From positions 83,665-147,664 of the forward strand of contig CAZULJ010000002.1 of the NCBI GenBank assembly GCA_964621195.1: a stretch of 64,000 bases of DNA. The letters run 5' to 3'. Under the pieces are notes generated by a model that was not told the DNA's origin, searched no databases, and saw only the letters and a list, made by a program, of their open reading frames with translations. This document shows, in pieces, positions 20,211-28,948 of this stretch. The translations under genes were made by a program, and so were the position numbers. The first letter of the stretch is position 1. The number at the start of each line of letters is the position of its first letter. This stretch comes from an uncultured Candidatus Saccharibacteria bacterium. Its GTDB lineage: Bacteria; Patescibacteriota; Dojkabacteria; SC72.

Positions 20211-21047
20211 ATGAAAAAGGTTTTAATATTTGGTTCTAGTGGAATGCTTGGGAGTTTTCTCTCTTCCTTTCTTGAAGAAAAAGGGTATGAGATAGAGAGA
20301 AATGATAGGGCGGATGGGGGTATTGATATTACCTTGGAGGATGAAGTAAAAAGGGTTGTCTTAGAATCTAATCCTGACTTTGTAGTGAATTGCAGTGCAT
20401 ATACAAATGTTGAAAAGGCCGAAGAAGAAAAAGAGATAGCTTTTGAAGTAAATGCAAATGCCCCTAAGTATATGGCACAGGTTTGTAAGGGGTTAGATAT
20501 CCCTTTTGTGCATATATCCACAGACTATGTATTTGGTGAAAATCGAAAGGAAGGATATAAAGAAGACTACAAAAATTTTAAACCACTTAATGTATATGGT
20601 GAATCCAAATTAATGGGAGAGAAGAATATCTTAGAAGTGGGAGGGAAGATATATATTTTTAGAACATCGTGGTTGTTTGGTCCCAATGCTACAAATTTCA
20701 TAGACAAGATTACTAAATATGCTAAGGAGTTACCAGAACTAAAGGTTGTTACAGATGAAGTAGGTTGTCCGACATATGTAGGAGATTTGAGTCAATCTAT
20801 TCTTTCTGCAATTCAGGGTGACATTAAACCAGATATTTACCACATATCAAGTAGGGATACATGTTCAAGAAATGAATTTGCAAAGGAAATATTAAATATG
20901 CAAGGTATAAAAACACCTGTAAAAGAGTCTAAGTTAAAAGATTTTGGAAGGAAGGCAGTAGTGCCAAATAGGTCTCAATTAATTAATACAAAATTACCTG
21001 AAATGAGATCATGGAGAGAGATGTTAAAAGAATATTTGGGTGAATAA
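20211..21047 (+). CDS. rfbD: dTDP-4-dehydrorhamnose reductase
   Basis: 278 aa. MKKVLIFGSSGMLGS Rossmann motif, ISTDYVFGE, characteristic RmlD length. Confidence 0.9.
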   Translation: MKKVLIFGSSGMLGSFLSSFLEEKGYEIERNDRADGGIDITLEDEVKRVVLESNPDFVVNCSAYTNVEKAEEEKEIAFEVNANAPKYMAQVCKGLDIPFVHISTDYVFGENRKEGYKEDYKNFKPLNVYGESKLMGEKNILEVGGKIYIFRTSWLFGPNATNFIDKITKYAKELPELKVVTDEVGCPTYVGDLSQSILSAIQGDIKPDIYHISSRDTCSRNEFAKEILNMQGIKTPVKESKLKDFGRKAVVPNRSQLINTKLPEMRSWREMLKEYLGE

Positions 21048-21058
21048 TAATTAGTAGT

Positions 21059-21087
21059 TTGGAATTCCAAGAAAATATCGTTAAAAT
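21059..21087 (+). promoter_or_regulatory. sigma70-like promoter (TTGGAA-17 bp-TAAAAT) driving the GC-rich leader/RNA element
   Basis: TTGGAA at 21059-21064, 17-nt spacer, TAAAAT at 21082-21087, in the AT-rich stretch immediately 5' of the GC-rich element. Predicted TSS about 21094. Confidence 0.35.
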
Positions 21088-21093
21088 AGGGTT

Positions 21094-21250
21094 GTACAGA
21101 AGCGAAAGCTTCTGTAGGGTGCTGTGAGGATAGGACTCACCATGTACGAAGTGCAAGTCTTCCACCCTAGGTCGAGACCTCCCTACCTCGCTTGGGAAAC
21201 CTCGGGGGTAGGGACACCTCTTGGTACTAATACCCCCATCTGCTAATATA
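21094..21250 (+). ncRNA. GC-rich (~55%) structured RNA element: candidate riboswitch/cis-regulatory leader of the downstream GT4 gene, or independent small RNA (unclassified)
   Basis: About 155 nt of roughly 55% GC in a roughly 33% GC genome, non-coding. Consecutive hairpins: CAGAAGC-GAAA-GCTTCTG (7-bp stem, GNRA loop); TAGGGTG...CACCCTA enclosing GTGAG-GATAGGA-CTCAC; CCTCCCTACC...GGTAGGGA(C)ACC with GGGAAACC tetraloop-like core; alternative pairing GGGGGTA...TACCCCC overlapping the previous helix. Ends 6 nt before the ATG at 21257. Confidence 0.4.
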
Positions 21251-21256
21251 TATACC

Positions 21257-22453
21257 ATGCATTTAATAATTGATTGTACAACTACTCAAAATCAACTTAA
21301 ATACAATGGTATTGGTCAATATACTAAGCACATTGTAAGTAGAATACTAGAAAAGAAAGATATAGATATAACGTTACTCATGTTTGATGGGGAATCTACA
21401 CTAGATCCATACCTTAAAGGAAAGAATATACACATACACAGATTAGGAAAAGTAAAACCCTCTGATTACAAAAATTTTCTTACATATACATTCAAAATAC
21501 TCCCCGCTATTAAACAGTACAAAAAAGAAGACAGTATATATTTCTGTCCTTACTTCTGGATAGGGGTACCATCACTACATATACCCACAGTACTAATGGT
21601 ACATGATTTCATATTACCAATATTCAATATATATTCTGAGCAAAGTATATTTCACAATATATTTAGAGGTATACAGTATTGGATGGAGATGTACAAAGCT
21701 AAATATTGTAAAGCCATAATTACAAACTCCAAATATACAGCAAAAGACTTTATGAAATACTTCCCTAAATACCCTAAACAGAATATATATCCAATATATC
21801 TAGATGGAGAAGTACAAGACTCTAAAGATATACAAGGATGGGATTCTTTCTTACCTAAAGATTACAAAAAGAGAGGATATTTCATATATATGGGAGGAAC
21901 ACTAGGATATAACAAGAATTCAGAAGGAGTAGTAAAAGGATACAGAGAGTTTCTTGCTAAAGTAAAACATGATAGTAAGGCTCCATACTTGGTAATTGCT
22001 GGAAAGAACTTTGCTAAAGAGGTTGATAAAAGGGTCGTAAAGTTTAGAGAGAAGATTGAATGTTTGGGACTAAAAGAAAATGTAATCTTTACAGGCTTCT
22101 ATGAAGATTCTCATATAAAACCACTCCTTAGTAACTCCATCTCTTTTATACATCTCTCATTGTATGAAGGTTTTGGTATTGCATTAGTAGAAGCAATGAA
22201 ATCAGGTACACCTGTAATAGCTCACAATGGATCTTGCTATCCTGAAGTGCTCGAAGATGCAGGAATACTTGTTAACGGTCAGAACCCTAAAGAGGTAGGA
22301 GAGAGCATGTACAAAATATACAAAGACAGGAAGCTTAGAGATGAATTAATAAAAAAAGGTTTACAAAGAGGTAAAGAATTTTCCTGGGAAAATACTACTG
22401 ATATGACAATTGAGGTTTTTAAATCTGTTTACAAAGAATTTTCAATCAAGTAA
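21257..22453 (+). CDS. GT4 family glycosyltransferase
   Basis: ORF track start 21221 is a TTG inside the GC-rich element; ATG at 21257 (MHLIIDCTT...) preferred. C-terminal EGFGIALVEAMKSGTPVIAHNGSCYPEVL is the GT4 E-x7-E region. Confidence 0.8.
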   Translation: MHLIIDCTTTQNQLKYNGIGQYTKHIVSRILEKKDIDITLLMFDGESTLDPYLKGKNIHIHRLGKVKPSDYKNFLTYTFKILPAIKQYKKEDSIYFCPYFWIGVPSLHIPTVLMVHDFILPIFNIYSEQSIFHNIFRGIQYWMEMYKAKYCKAIITNSKYTAKDFMKYFPKYPKQNIYPIYLDGEVQDSKDIQGWDSFLPKDYKKRGYFIYMGGTLGYNKNSEGVVKGYREFLAKVKHDSKAPYLVIAGKNFAKEVDKRVVKFREKIECLGLKENVIFTGFYEDSHIKPLLSNSISFIHLSLYEGFGIALVEAMKSGTPVIAHNGSCYPEVLEDAGILVNGQNPKEVGESMYKIYKDRKLRDELIKKGLQRGKEFSWENTTDMTIEVFKSVYKEFSIK

Positions 22454-22503
22454 GATACCTGTATGTTGTGTTCTTACTTTACATATATGATTGGAAAGTA
22501 CAA

Positions 22504-23778
22504 ATGAATATTCTTTTTACACCTATCACTAGTAGTTCTATAGCTCATGTTATTAGAAGTTTTGCATTAGCAGAAGAATTCCTTAAAAATGGAGACAAAG
22601 TGTATTTCACATCCTGTACAAGTAAGGCAAGTTTTATCGAAAACCAAGGATATGAAATTGTAAAAACATACAAACCTTTTAATCTTAATGACCCTAAAGA
22701 TCAATCTGTAAACTATTTAGCAACACACAAAGAAGAAATGATTGATTGGTTGGGTGCAGAAATAGAGGCAGCAAAACAAGTTAAAGCAGATGTTGTGATT
22801 ACTTCACCTGGATTTTTTGGTCCTCAAGTAGCATTTGCAACTGAAATACCTGTAGTAGCTTTAATGAATGGACAATATCTACCTAAGTCTAAAGGTTTAA
22901 TGGGTATTTCCTTGGCTACTGATAGTACAAAACACAAAATTTTGAGAAAATTACTTAATCCTGTATTTAAGAAATCTTTTGTTAAGAACTATCTTTCTGA
23001 AATATTAGATGCTTACAGGAAATTGGGTATAACCCAAGAGATAAAGAGTAGAGAAGAGCTTTATGCTCCAATGCATATACTCATACCTGGTGATGACGAA
23101 TTTGAACCACAGCTAGAATTAGATGGAAGAACTAAATATGTCGGACCTATATTCTGGAATGGTTTCGAAAAGATGAAAACAGATTTAACAGAAAAAAAAC
23201 TTGAGGAATTCAAGGGAAACTCAAAATTGGTGCTTATAAACTTTGGAGGTAGTGTATTTGAATTAGAAACATATCGTAGAATTCTTAATTTCATTAAAGA
23301 CTTAGATGCAAAGGTAATTGTTGCTCTTGGTCCAAATTTCCCAAGGGAAAAATTCCAGAAGGACAATGATAGTTTGATAATAAGGACTTATATTCCAGGA
23401 TTAAGAGTTTCTAAATACGCAGATGTGATTGTAAATACGGGTTCTCAGGGGGCAATAATGCAAGCATTAGAAAATGGTAAGCCAGTTGTATCATTCCCAG
23501 TAGGTATAGATCAGGCATATTTTGCAAACAGATTAGAAGAAATGGGCTTAGGTATTAATGTAAACAAAACTAGTATATTGAAGTTTTCTAAAAGAGAAAG
23601 CTATCAAATAAAGGATGATACTGTTCCAGCAAAAATATTGGAAGCAGTATCAGAGATATTAAAAAATCCAGTATATACAAAGAATGCATATGAATATTCA
23701 TTAAGATTAAAGGCAAAGAATTACAAACCAAGAAAAACTGTTGTACAATTTATATATGATTTAGTTGAAAAGAAATGA
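22504..23778 (+). CDS. GT1 family (UDP-glycosyltransferase/MGT-like) glycosyltransferase
   Basis: Start taken at MNILFTPITSSS (internal ATG at 22504). C-terminal NTGSQGAIMQALENGKPVVSFPVGIDQAYFANRLEEMGLG matches the GT1 UDP-sugar binding signature region. Confidence 0.7.
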   Translation: MNILFTPITSSSIAHVIRSFALAEEFLKNGDKVYFTSCTSKASFIENQGYEIVKTYKPFNLNDPKDQSVNYLATHKEEMIDWLGAEIEAAKQVKADVVITSPGFFGPQVAFATEIPVVALMNGQYLPKSKGLMGISLATDSTKHKILRKLLNPVFKKSFVKNYLSEILDAYRKLGITQEIKSREELYAPMHILIPGDDEFEPQLELDGRTKYVGPIFWNGFEKMKTDLTEKKLEEFKGNSKLVLINFGGSVFELETYRRILNFIKDLDAKVIVALGPNFPREKFQKDNDSLIIRTYIPGLRVSKYADVIVNTGSQGAIMQALENGKPVVSFPVGIDQAYFANRLEEMGLGINVNKTSILKFSKRESYQIKDDTVPAKILEAVSEILKNPVYTKNAYEYSLRLKAKNYKPRKTVVQFIYDLVEKK

Positions 23779-25982
23779 TATTAGGATTTATATCGTTATT
23801 TATAATCATTCTCCTTTGTACTTTTATTATTTACAAAGTACTTAAAGAAAAGAGTCTCTCTAATGCAGAGAAAAGGCAAACCTTCTCGATATTAGTCTTT
23901 TGGGTTATACTTTGGTCACTATCTATTTTAGTTACAGATCTCTTTAGCCAGAACCACACAGTGGCTCTTTGGGCGTCTAGATTTTCATTTGTAACCTCTG
24001 CCCTTATTGGATATTGGTACTATCTTTTCGTAAGAACTTACTATGAAGGGAAACACGCTCTTCTTGGAAAGATTTTTTGGGGTATTATTTCTTTTGTATT
24101 TGTAATTCTTTCAATTACGGACGGAATAGTTAAGGATGTTGTATATTCCGAAAATCACCTACAATCAATTAGAGGTGACTTTAATATATATTTCGTCATC
24201 TATACAGGAATAATTTTCTGTTACTCTGCAATCTTGTTCTTCGCAGCTTACAAAAGAGAGCAGAACCTTGTAACAAAAGCACAAATATTCTACATCTTCC
24301 TTGGTTCTATGCTTTCTATACTTAGTTCCTTTAGTACAAACTTAATATTTCCAATACTTGAATTTAACGAAATTAGAGCATTAGGACCATTAAGCCTAAT
24401 TTTTTTCATCCTTGCAACCTACTATGCAATTTTAAGATATCGATTTCCAAGTACAAAACTAATAGTGAGTAAACTGGTATATGTTCTCTTTATCTCGATT
24501 GTACCATATGCAATATTTCATCTTGTTTCCTTTGTGCAAAATATCGTTTGGGGTGGAATATATGAACCCGAAGCATTGGTAACAGGATATTTGTACTCTG
24601 CACTTTTTGTTTTCCTTTTTGTATTTGCGAATGAGAAATTAGATGTAATAGTTAAGAAAGTTTTTTACGATTACAATATTGATATTCAAGAGGAAAAGGA
24701 GAAACTAATCATTGTTTTCAATGATACCTTAGATGTAAGTGTAATTCTTGATAGAACTCAAAATTTACTTAAAAGAATATTTAATTCTCCAACAAAGATT
24801 TTGATAACGAAAAACGGTAAAATATTGGAGGATTTTAAATCGTATGGGCTTTCGTTGAATGATATTGCAGATTTAGAACTCTTAGAGACAATTAAACAAC
24901 CATTAATAAAAGATGAGCTAATGCATGTTGATGGGAAAGAATCATTCAGACATCTCTTTGAGAAATATAATCTTCGAGTAATTTTTCCAATCCAAAAATC
25001 TAGCCTAATTGACTGGAATGTGTATATTACAATTGAAGATGGTAAAGCAGCAAAAACATACTCTATTCAGGATTTAGAATATATTAGATCAGTTGGATCT
25101 TCTATGGCAATCTCTTTGCAAAGAGCTTTCTTGTATCAAGAAGTTGAAGTATTTAATAAGTCTCTTCAAGAGAAAGTAAATGAACAAACCAAAGAATTAC
25201 AAATTAAGGTTAAAGAATTAGAAGAAGCAAGAAGGAAAGAAGCAGATATGATAGATATAATGGGGCATGAATTAAGAACACCCGCTACTGTTGTAAAACT
25301 AAATGTTGAACTTCTTGAGAAATTTATTGAGAGTAATCCTGCAGAATTTAAAAAATATATAGACAGAATCAAGAAGTCTGTAGAAACCGAAATAGGATTA
25401 ATCAATACATTGCTTACATCTGCTAAATTAGAAGGGAATAAGGTTGAGATAAGACATGATAATGTAGATATTAAAGCAGAAATAGAAATGGCTGTTCATG
25501 GTCATGAGATTGATTTTGAAGAGAAGGGTATTCAATTTAATAACAATGTAAATCCAAATACTCCTAATGTATATGTGGATAAGGTAAGAGTAGTAGAAAT
25601 CCTTAATAACTTAATTAGTAATGCAATTAAATATACTCAAAAGGGGAATGTAACTGTGTCTACTAAGTATGATGATAATTTTGTTACAGTAAGTATTCAG
25701 GATACTGGAAAAGGAATACCTAGAGAGAATCTACCGAAATTAGGAGAAAAATTCTATAGAGTAGATAACTACCTTGGTTCTGAAATAGTAAGACCTGGTG
25801 GTACGGGACTTGGTTTGTATGTTACATTTGGTCTTGTAAGGCTTATGGGTGGTGATATGTGGGTAGAGAGTGAGATAGGTAAGGGTAGTACATTTTCTTT
25901 TACTTTGCCAATATATAAAGGGCAAAAGATTGGAAGTAGTGATTCAAGAAATATGTTTGAAAAGCTAGGACTAAAGAAATAG
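23775..25982 (+). CDS. sensor histidine kinase with N-terminal polytopic (about 7 TM) sensor domain; no cognate response regulator nearby
   Basis: 735 aa. N-terminal 250 aa with about 7 hydrophobic helices, central region, H-box IMGHELRTPATVV, N-box LISNAIKYT, G-boxes DTGKGIP and GGTGLGLY. Confidence 0.8.
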   Translation: MILGFISLFIIILLCTFIIYKVLKEKSLSNAEKRQTFSILVFWVILWSLSILVTDLFSQNHTVALWASRFSFVTSALIGYWYYLFVRTYYEGKHALLGKIFWGIISFVFVILSITDGIVKDVVYSENHLQSIRGDFNIYFVIYTGIIFCYSAILFFAAYKREQNLVTKAQIFYIFLGSMLSILSSFSTNLIFPILEFNEIRALGPLSLIFFILATYYAILRYRFPSTKLIVSKLVYVLFISIVPYAIFHLVSFVQNIVWGGIYEPEALVTGYLYSALFVFLFVFANEKLDVIVKKVFYDYNIDIQEEKEKLIIVFNDTLDVSVILDRTQNLLKRIFNSPTKILITKNGKILEDFKSYGLSLNDIADLELLETIKQPLIKDELMHVDGKESFRHLFEKYNLRVIFPIQKSSLIDWNVYITIEDGKAAKTYSIQDLEYIRSVGSSMAISLQRAFLYQEVEVFNKSLQEKVNEQTKELQIKVKELEEARRKEADMIDIMGHELRTPATVVKLNVELLEKFIESNPAEFKKYIDRIKKSVETEIGLINTLLTSAKLEGNKVEIRHDNVDIKAEIEMAVHGHEIDFEEKGIQFNNNVNPNTPNVYVDKVRVVEILNNLISNAIKYTQKGNVTVSTKYDDNFVTVSIQDTGKGIPRENLPKLGEKFYRVDNYLGSEIVRPGGTGLGLYVTFGLVRLMGGDMWVESEIGKGSTFSFTLPIYKGQKIGSSDSRNMFEKLGLKK

Positions 25983-26109
25983 CGGTATTACTGGAGCATT
26001 TATATTGAGATTCTAAGGTTTTTTTTGTAAAATCTTCTCAAAGATACACCAACTATGGTGTTTGCTCTTTCAAGGAATGGTCAGAATCTGCAAGGAAAGG
26101 AGATCTTTT

Positions 26110-26331
26110 ATGGCACCGAAGACTAAGGTCGGAAGTAGTAAACAGGTAGAGGAAAGCAAAGGTAGTGAAGTCTCAGGGGGACCAGTTCGTCGCATTATTA
26201 GCGAAAGCTATTATGACGATGGCTCGAAGCATACGACAGAGTCTGTTGTGACTACTGGAGGAAGTCGCAGAATGTCTTGGGACACAGATTCTAACGGAAA
26301 AGCTTCTGACTTTCACTCGAAGGAGAACTGA
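26110..26331 (+). CDS. small hydrophilic protein of unknown function
   Basis: Strong SD AAGGAAAGGAG 7-8 nt before ATG at 26110 (MAPKTKVGSS...). 73 aa, Ser/Gly/Glu-rich, no hydrophobic segment. Local GC higher than surroundings. Confidence 0.4.
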   Translation: MAPKTKVGSSKQVEESKGSEVSGGPVRRIISESYYDDGSKHTTESVVTTGGSRRMSWDTDSNGKASDFHSKEN

Positions 26332-26370
26332 CAATAAATTCCCCTTCATCTAACTTTTTATTTCACAACA

Positions 26371-26625
26371 ATGAAATATAGTATATCTGTAGATAAGGAT
26401 AATGGTGAAGGAAGCAAAAAGTTTGAGGTGGATTTCTCAGTCAAATATTACTTTCCTCTTACAAAGAAAGACGAAGAAAAAATATACCGTGTTGTTAGAA
26501 TAATAGATTCTCTTGGACAGGATGAAGTAGAGGAAACTAGCGATAAAGATTACAGATTCCAGCATGATGAGGATAGTGGAGAGAATCTGCTAGATGGAGT
26601 AGTAGAAGATTGTACCAAGCTGTAG
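26371..26625 (+). CDS. small acidic hypothetical protein
   Basis: 84-aa ORF, acidic (DEVEETSDKDYRFQHDEDSGENLLDG), in same orientation as neighbours. No recognizable motif. Confidence 0.35.
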   Translation: MKYSISVDKDNGEGSKKFEVDFSVKYYFPLTKKDEEKIYRVVRIIDSLGQDEVEETSDKDYRFQHDEDSGENLLDGVVEDCTKL

Positions 26626-26634
26626 AATGTCTTA

Positions 26635-27912
26635 ATGCATATTAAAGAGTTCTTAATTACCAAATACAAAAACAACAGAGAATTGTCCTCCTCATTTGTA
26701 TGGAGATTAATCCAAATATTAAGTAAGCAGGGTACTAGTGCATTAATGTTTTTCATTGCAACATTCTTTCTTACTAAACAGGATATGGGTATCTACAACT
26801 ATATGTCCTCTGCACTTTTTTTAATGATTGCCTTCTCGGATTTTGGTATATCTACTGCAACATCAAAGTATGTAGCACAATACAATACCTCTGAAAAAAA
26901 GAAGGTAAGAAGAGTACTTTTTAACTCCGGTTTACTAATATTTGTAATCTCCTGCATAGTAATTACATTCATGGCAATATTTGCAAAGAGAATATTCCCT
27001 GATCACTACATATATCTGTACTATGCACTACCCTTCATCTTCATATATCCTCTAACATCTCTACTAGATGGTATGTATCGGGGTTTAAAAAAATTTAAAA
27101 CCCTTGCAATTGTTTCAATATTAAACGGAATATTAGGAGTTCTCTTTTCATATATTTTTGTTACCAATTGGGGATTAATAGGGGCGGTATTAACACAGGT
27201 ATGTTTCTTCTCTACATATTCAATAGCTCTTTTAATACTTAATAGAAAGATAGAATTTAAGATTGATAAAGGGATATTAAAAGATATCGCTAGTTACTCC
27301 GTATATTTTGGTATAGCTACAGTAGGATACTTCCTTCTTTCAAAGGTTAATATATTAATTCTAGGTCAGTACAATCTTTTGGAGGAGATTGCTGTATATG
27401 AGCTTCTAAACAAGATATTTACAATATATCTAATACCATTTACCGTATTAGGCCAAGTTCTAGCACCTAATATTGTTGAAATGTTTACACTAAAAAAGTA
27501 CGTAAATGTAATATCCCTTTTCAAAAGAATCTTAATATACTCTCTTGGATTAACAATACTGTTCATACCACTCTCTATGTTACTCACCAATCTCGCTTTA
27601 CATATTGTATTCCCAGAGTATGTAAACGATGTAATGTATCTCCTTCTACTACCGGTTTCTTTAACATTTGCAAAGGCAATACCTGTTGTAATAATCAATA
27701 CGGCAATGATTACCTCTACCGGCCATGCTAGATATATGGCAGTAGAAAATGTTTTAGTAGGAATTCTTAATGTAACCTTGAATATATTCGTAGTAAAGGT
27801 CTATGGATACTTAGGTGTAGTATGGGTAACTCTTGTATTACAAACAATATCTCTAATTGTTTTGTACTCAGTATATTACTCTGCACTTCTTAAAAAGAGT
27901 AAAGAAGTGTAA
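26635..27912 (+). CDS. wzx: polysaccharide biosynthesis protein / Wzx-like MOP-family flippase
   Basis: 425 aa, about 12 TM. N-terminal region WRLIQILSKQGTSALMFFIATFFLTKQDMGIYNYMSSALFLMIAFSDFGISTATSKYVAQY typical of PST/Wzx flippases. Confidence 0.75.
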   Translation: MHIKEFLITKYKNNRELSSSFVWRLIQILSKQGTSALMFFIATFFLTKQDMGIYNYMSSALFLMIAFSDFGISTATSKYVAQYNTSEKKKVRRVLFNSGLLIFVISCIVITFMAIFAKRIFPDHYIYLYYALPFIFIYPLTSLLDGMYRGLKKFKTLAIVSILNGILGVLFSYIFVTNWGLIGAVLTQVCFFSTYSIALLILNRKIEFKIDKGILKDIASYSVYFGIATVGYFLLSKVNILILGQYNLLEEIAVYELLNKIFTIYLIPFTVLGQVLAPNIVEMFTLKKYVNVISLFKRILIYSLGLTILFIPLSMLLTNLALHIVFPEYVNDVMYLLLLPVSLTFAKAIPVVIINTAMITSTGHARYMAVENVLVGILNVTLNIFVVKVYGYLGVVWVTLVLQTISLIVLYSVYYSALLKKSKEV

Positions 27913-27923
27913 AATATATCACT

Positions 27924-28403
27924 ATGGATATATTAATATACATATTAGTAGGAATACTCTTTCTTGCAGGCATTGTACTTACAGTATTAACTCTACCAGG
28001 AGTTTGGTTGGTATATATTGGAGTATTGCTACTTTCTGCTCTTGATAGCTTCGAAGTCATATCACCTTCAATATTAGTTGTCCTTTTCATCCTCTCTCTC
28101 CTTTCAACATTCGTAGACAACATTGTGGTTGCATTGGGAGCAAAGAAGTTTGGGGGATCCAATTGGGGAATGGTAGGTGCAATAGTAGGTGGAATTGTTG
28201 GATTAATACTTGGAAGCTTTGTAGGAATGTTCCTTGGTCCAATATTGGGTGCAACAATTTTTGAAATCATATTCGCAAGGAAAGATTTAAAGAATGCATT
28301 CAAAGCAGGTATTGGTTCTTTCATTGGTATCATTGTAAGCATACTGCTTAAGATTGGGTTTACTATTGGTATGGCAGTATATGCAATCTCTCTTGTTGTT
28401 TAA
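27924..28403 (+). CDS. DUF456-family small membrane protein
   Basis: 159 aa, 4 TM, GAKKFGGSNWGMVGAIVGGIVG motif characteristic of DUF456. Confidence 0.55.
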   Translation: MDILIYILVGILFLAGIVLTVLTLPGVWLVYIGVLLLSALDSFEVISPSILVVLFILSLLSTFVDNIVVALGAKKFGGSNWGMVGAIVGGIVGLILGSFVGMFLGPILGATIFEIIFARKDLKNAFKAGIGSFIGIIVSILLKIGFTIGMAVYAISLVV

Positions 28404-28938
28404 GATATATCTTTAGGAAGTTTCTCTCTCCCATTAAGATCAAATATCTTTCTCCAACAGATATGTTCTTCTCTTGTTTTTTGTACTCACTCAATCGTCC
28501 ATCTGTAGTATCCAAGTAGTAACTTTTCTGCTCAAGGAATGAGTATGCACTCTTTAGTAAAAGAAAATCTTTTTTACAAAGAGTAGGGAGTACAGTAGGA
28601 AAAAGATCTTTTTGAAATACAATTTCTTCATTTGAGTTGTATACGTATATCGTAGTACTAAACTCTTCACTGCTCTCTATCTCCCTATGAACATACTCGC
28701 ATCTAACAATCTCTCCATCATACCCGTATATACAATTCGTACACTCTTCTAAGGTATTCCTTGCTCTGTTTTCTAAATTAACAATCTCCGCTTTGTTTCG
28801 ATATGAGATTAAGATATTGTTTTCTGATATCCAATATATATTTAAAGGAGAACTTTCAACGGGTAAGACATACTCAAAAGCAAAAGACTTTTCAGTATTT
28901 AGAAATGAAAGTAGGAAGAGAAATAGCTCTTTAATCAT
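28363..28938 (-). CDS. secreted hypothetical protein (signal peptide)
   Basis: 191 aa. N-terminal MIKELFLFLLSFLNTEKSFA signal-like segment. No recognizable catalytic motif. 3' end overlaps convergent gene by about 40 bp. Confidence 0.4.
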   Translation of the reverse strand: MIKELFLFLLSFLNTEKSFAFEYVLPVESSPLNIYWISENNILISYRNKAEIVNLENRARNTLEECTNCIYGYDGEIVRCEYVHREIESSEEFSTTIYVYNSNEEIVFQKDLFPTVLPTLCKKDFLLLKSAYSFLEQKSYYLDTTDGRLSEYKKQEKNISVGERYLILMGERNFLKIYLKQQERLHILPYQ

Positions 28939-28948
28939 CTTAATATAT

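Noticed and set aside
21094-21250. GC-rich element as 5S rRNA (local similarity CAGAAGCGAAAGC vs 5S CAGAAGUGAAACG)
   Set aside because: Here that segment forms a perfect self-contained hairpin, and the remaining helices do not follow the 5S three-helix junction; no resemblance to the conserved 5S terminal stem. Similarity is probably coincidental.
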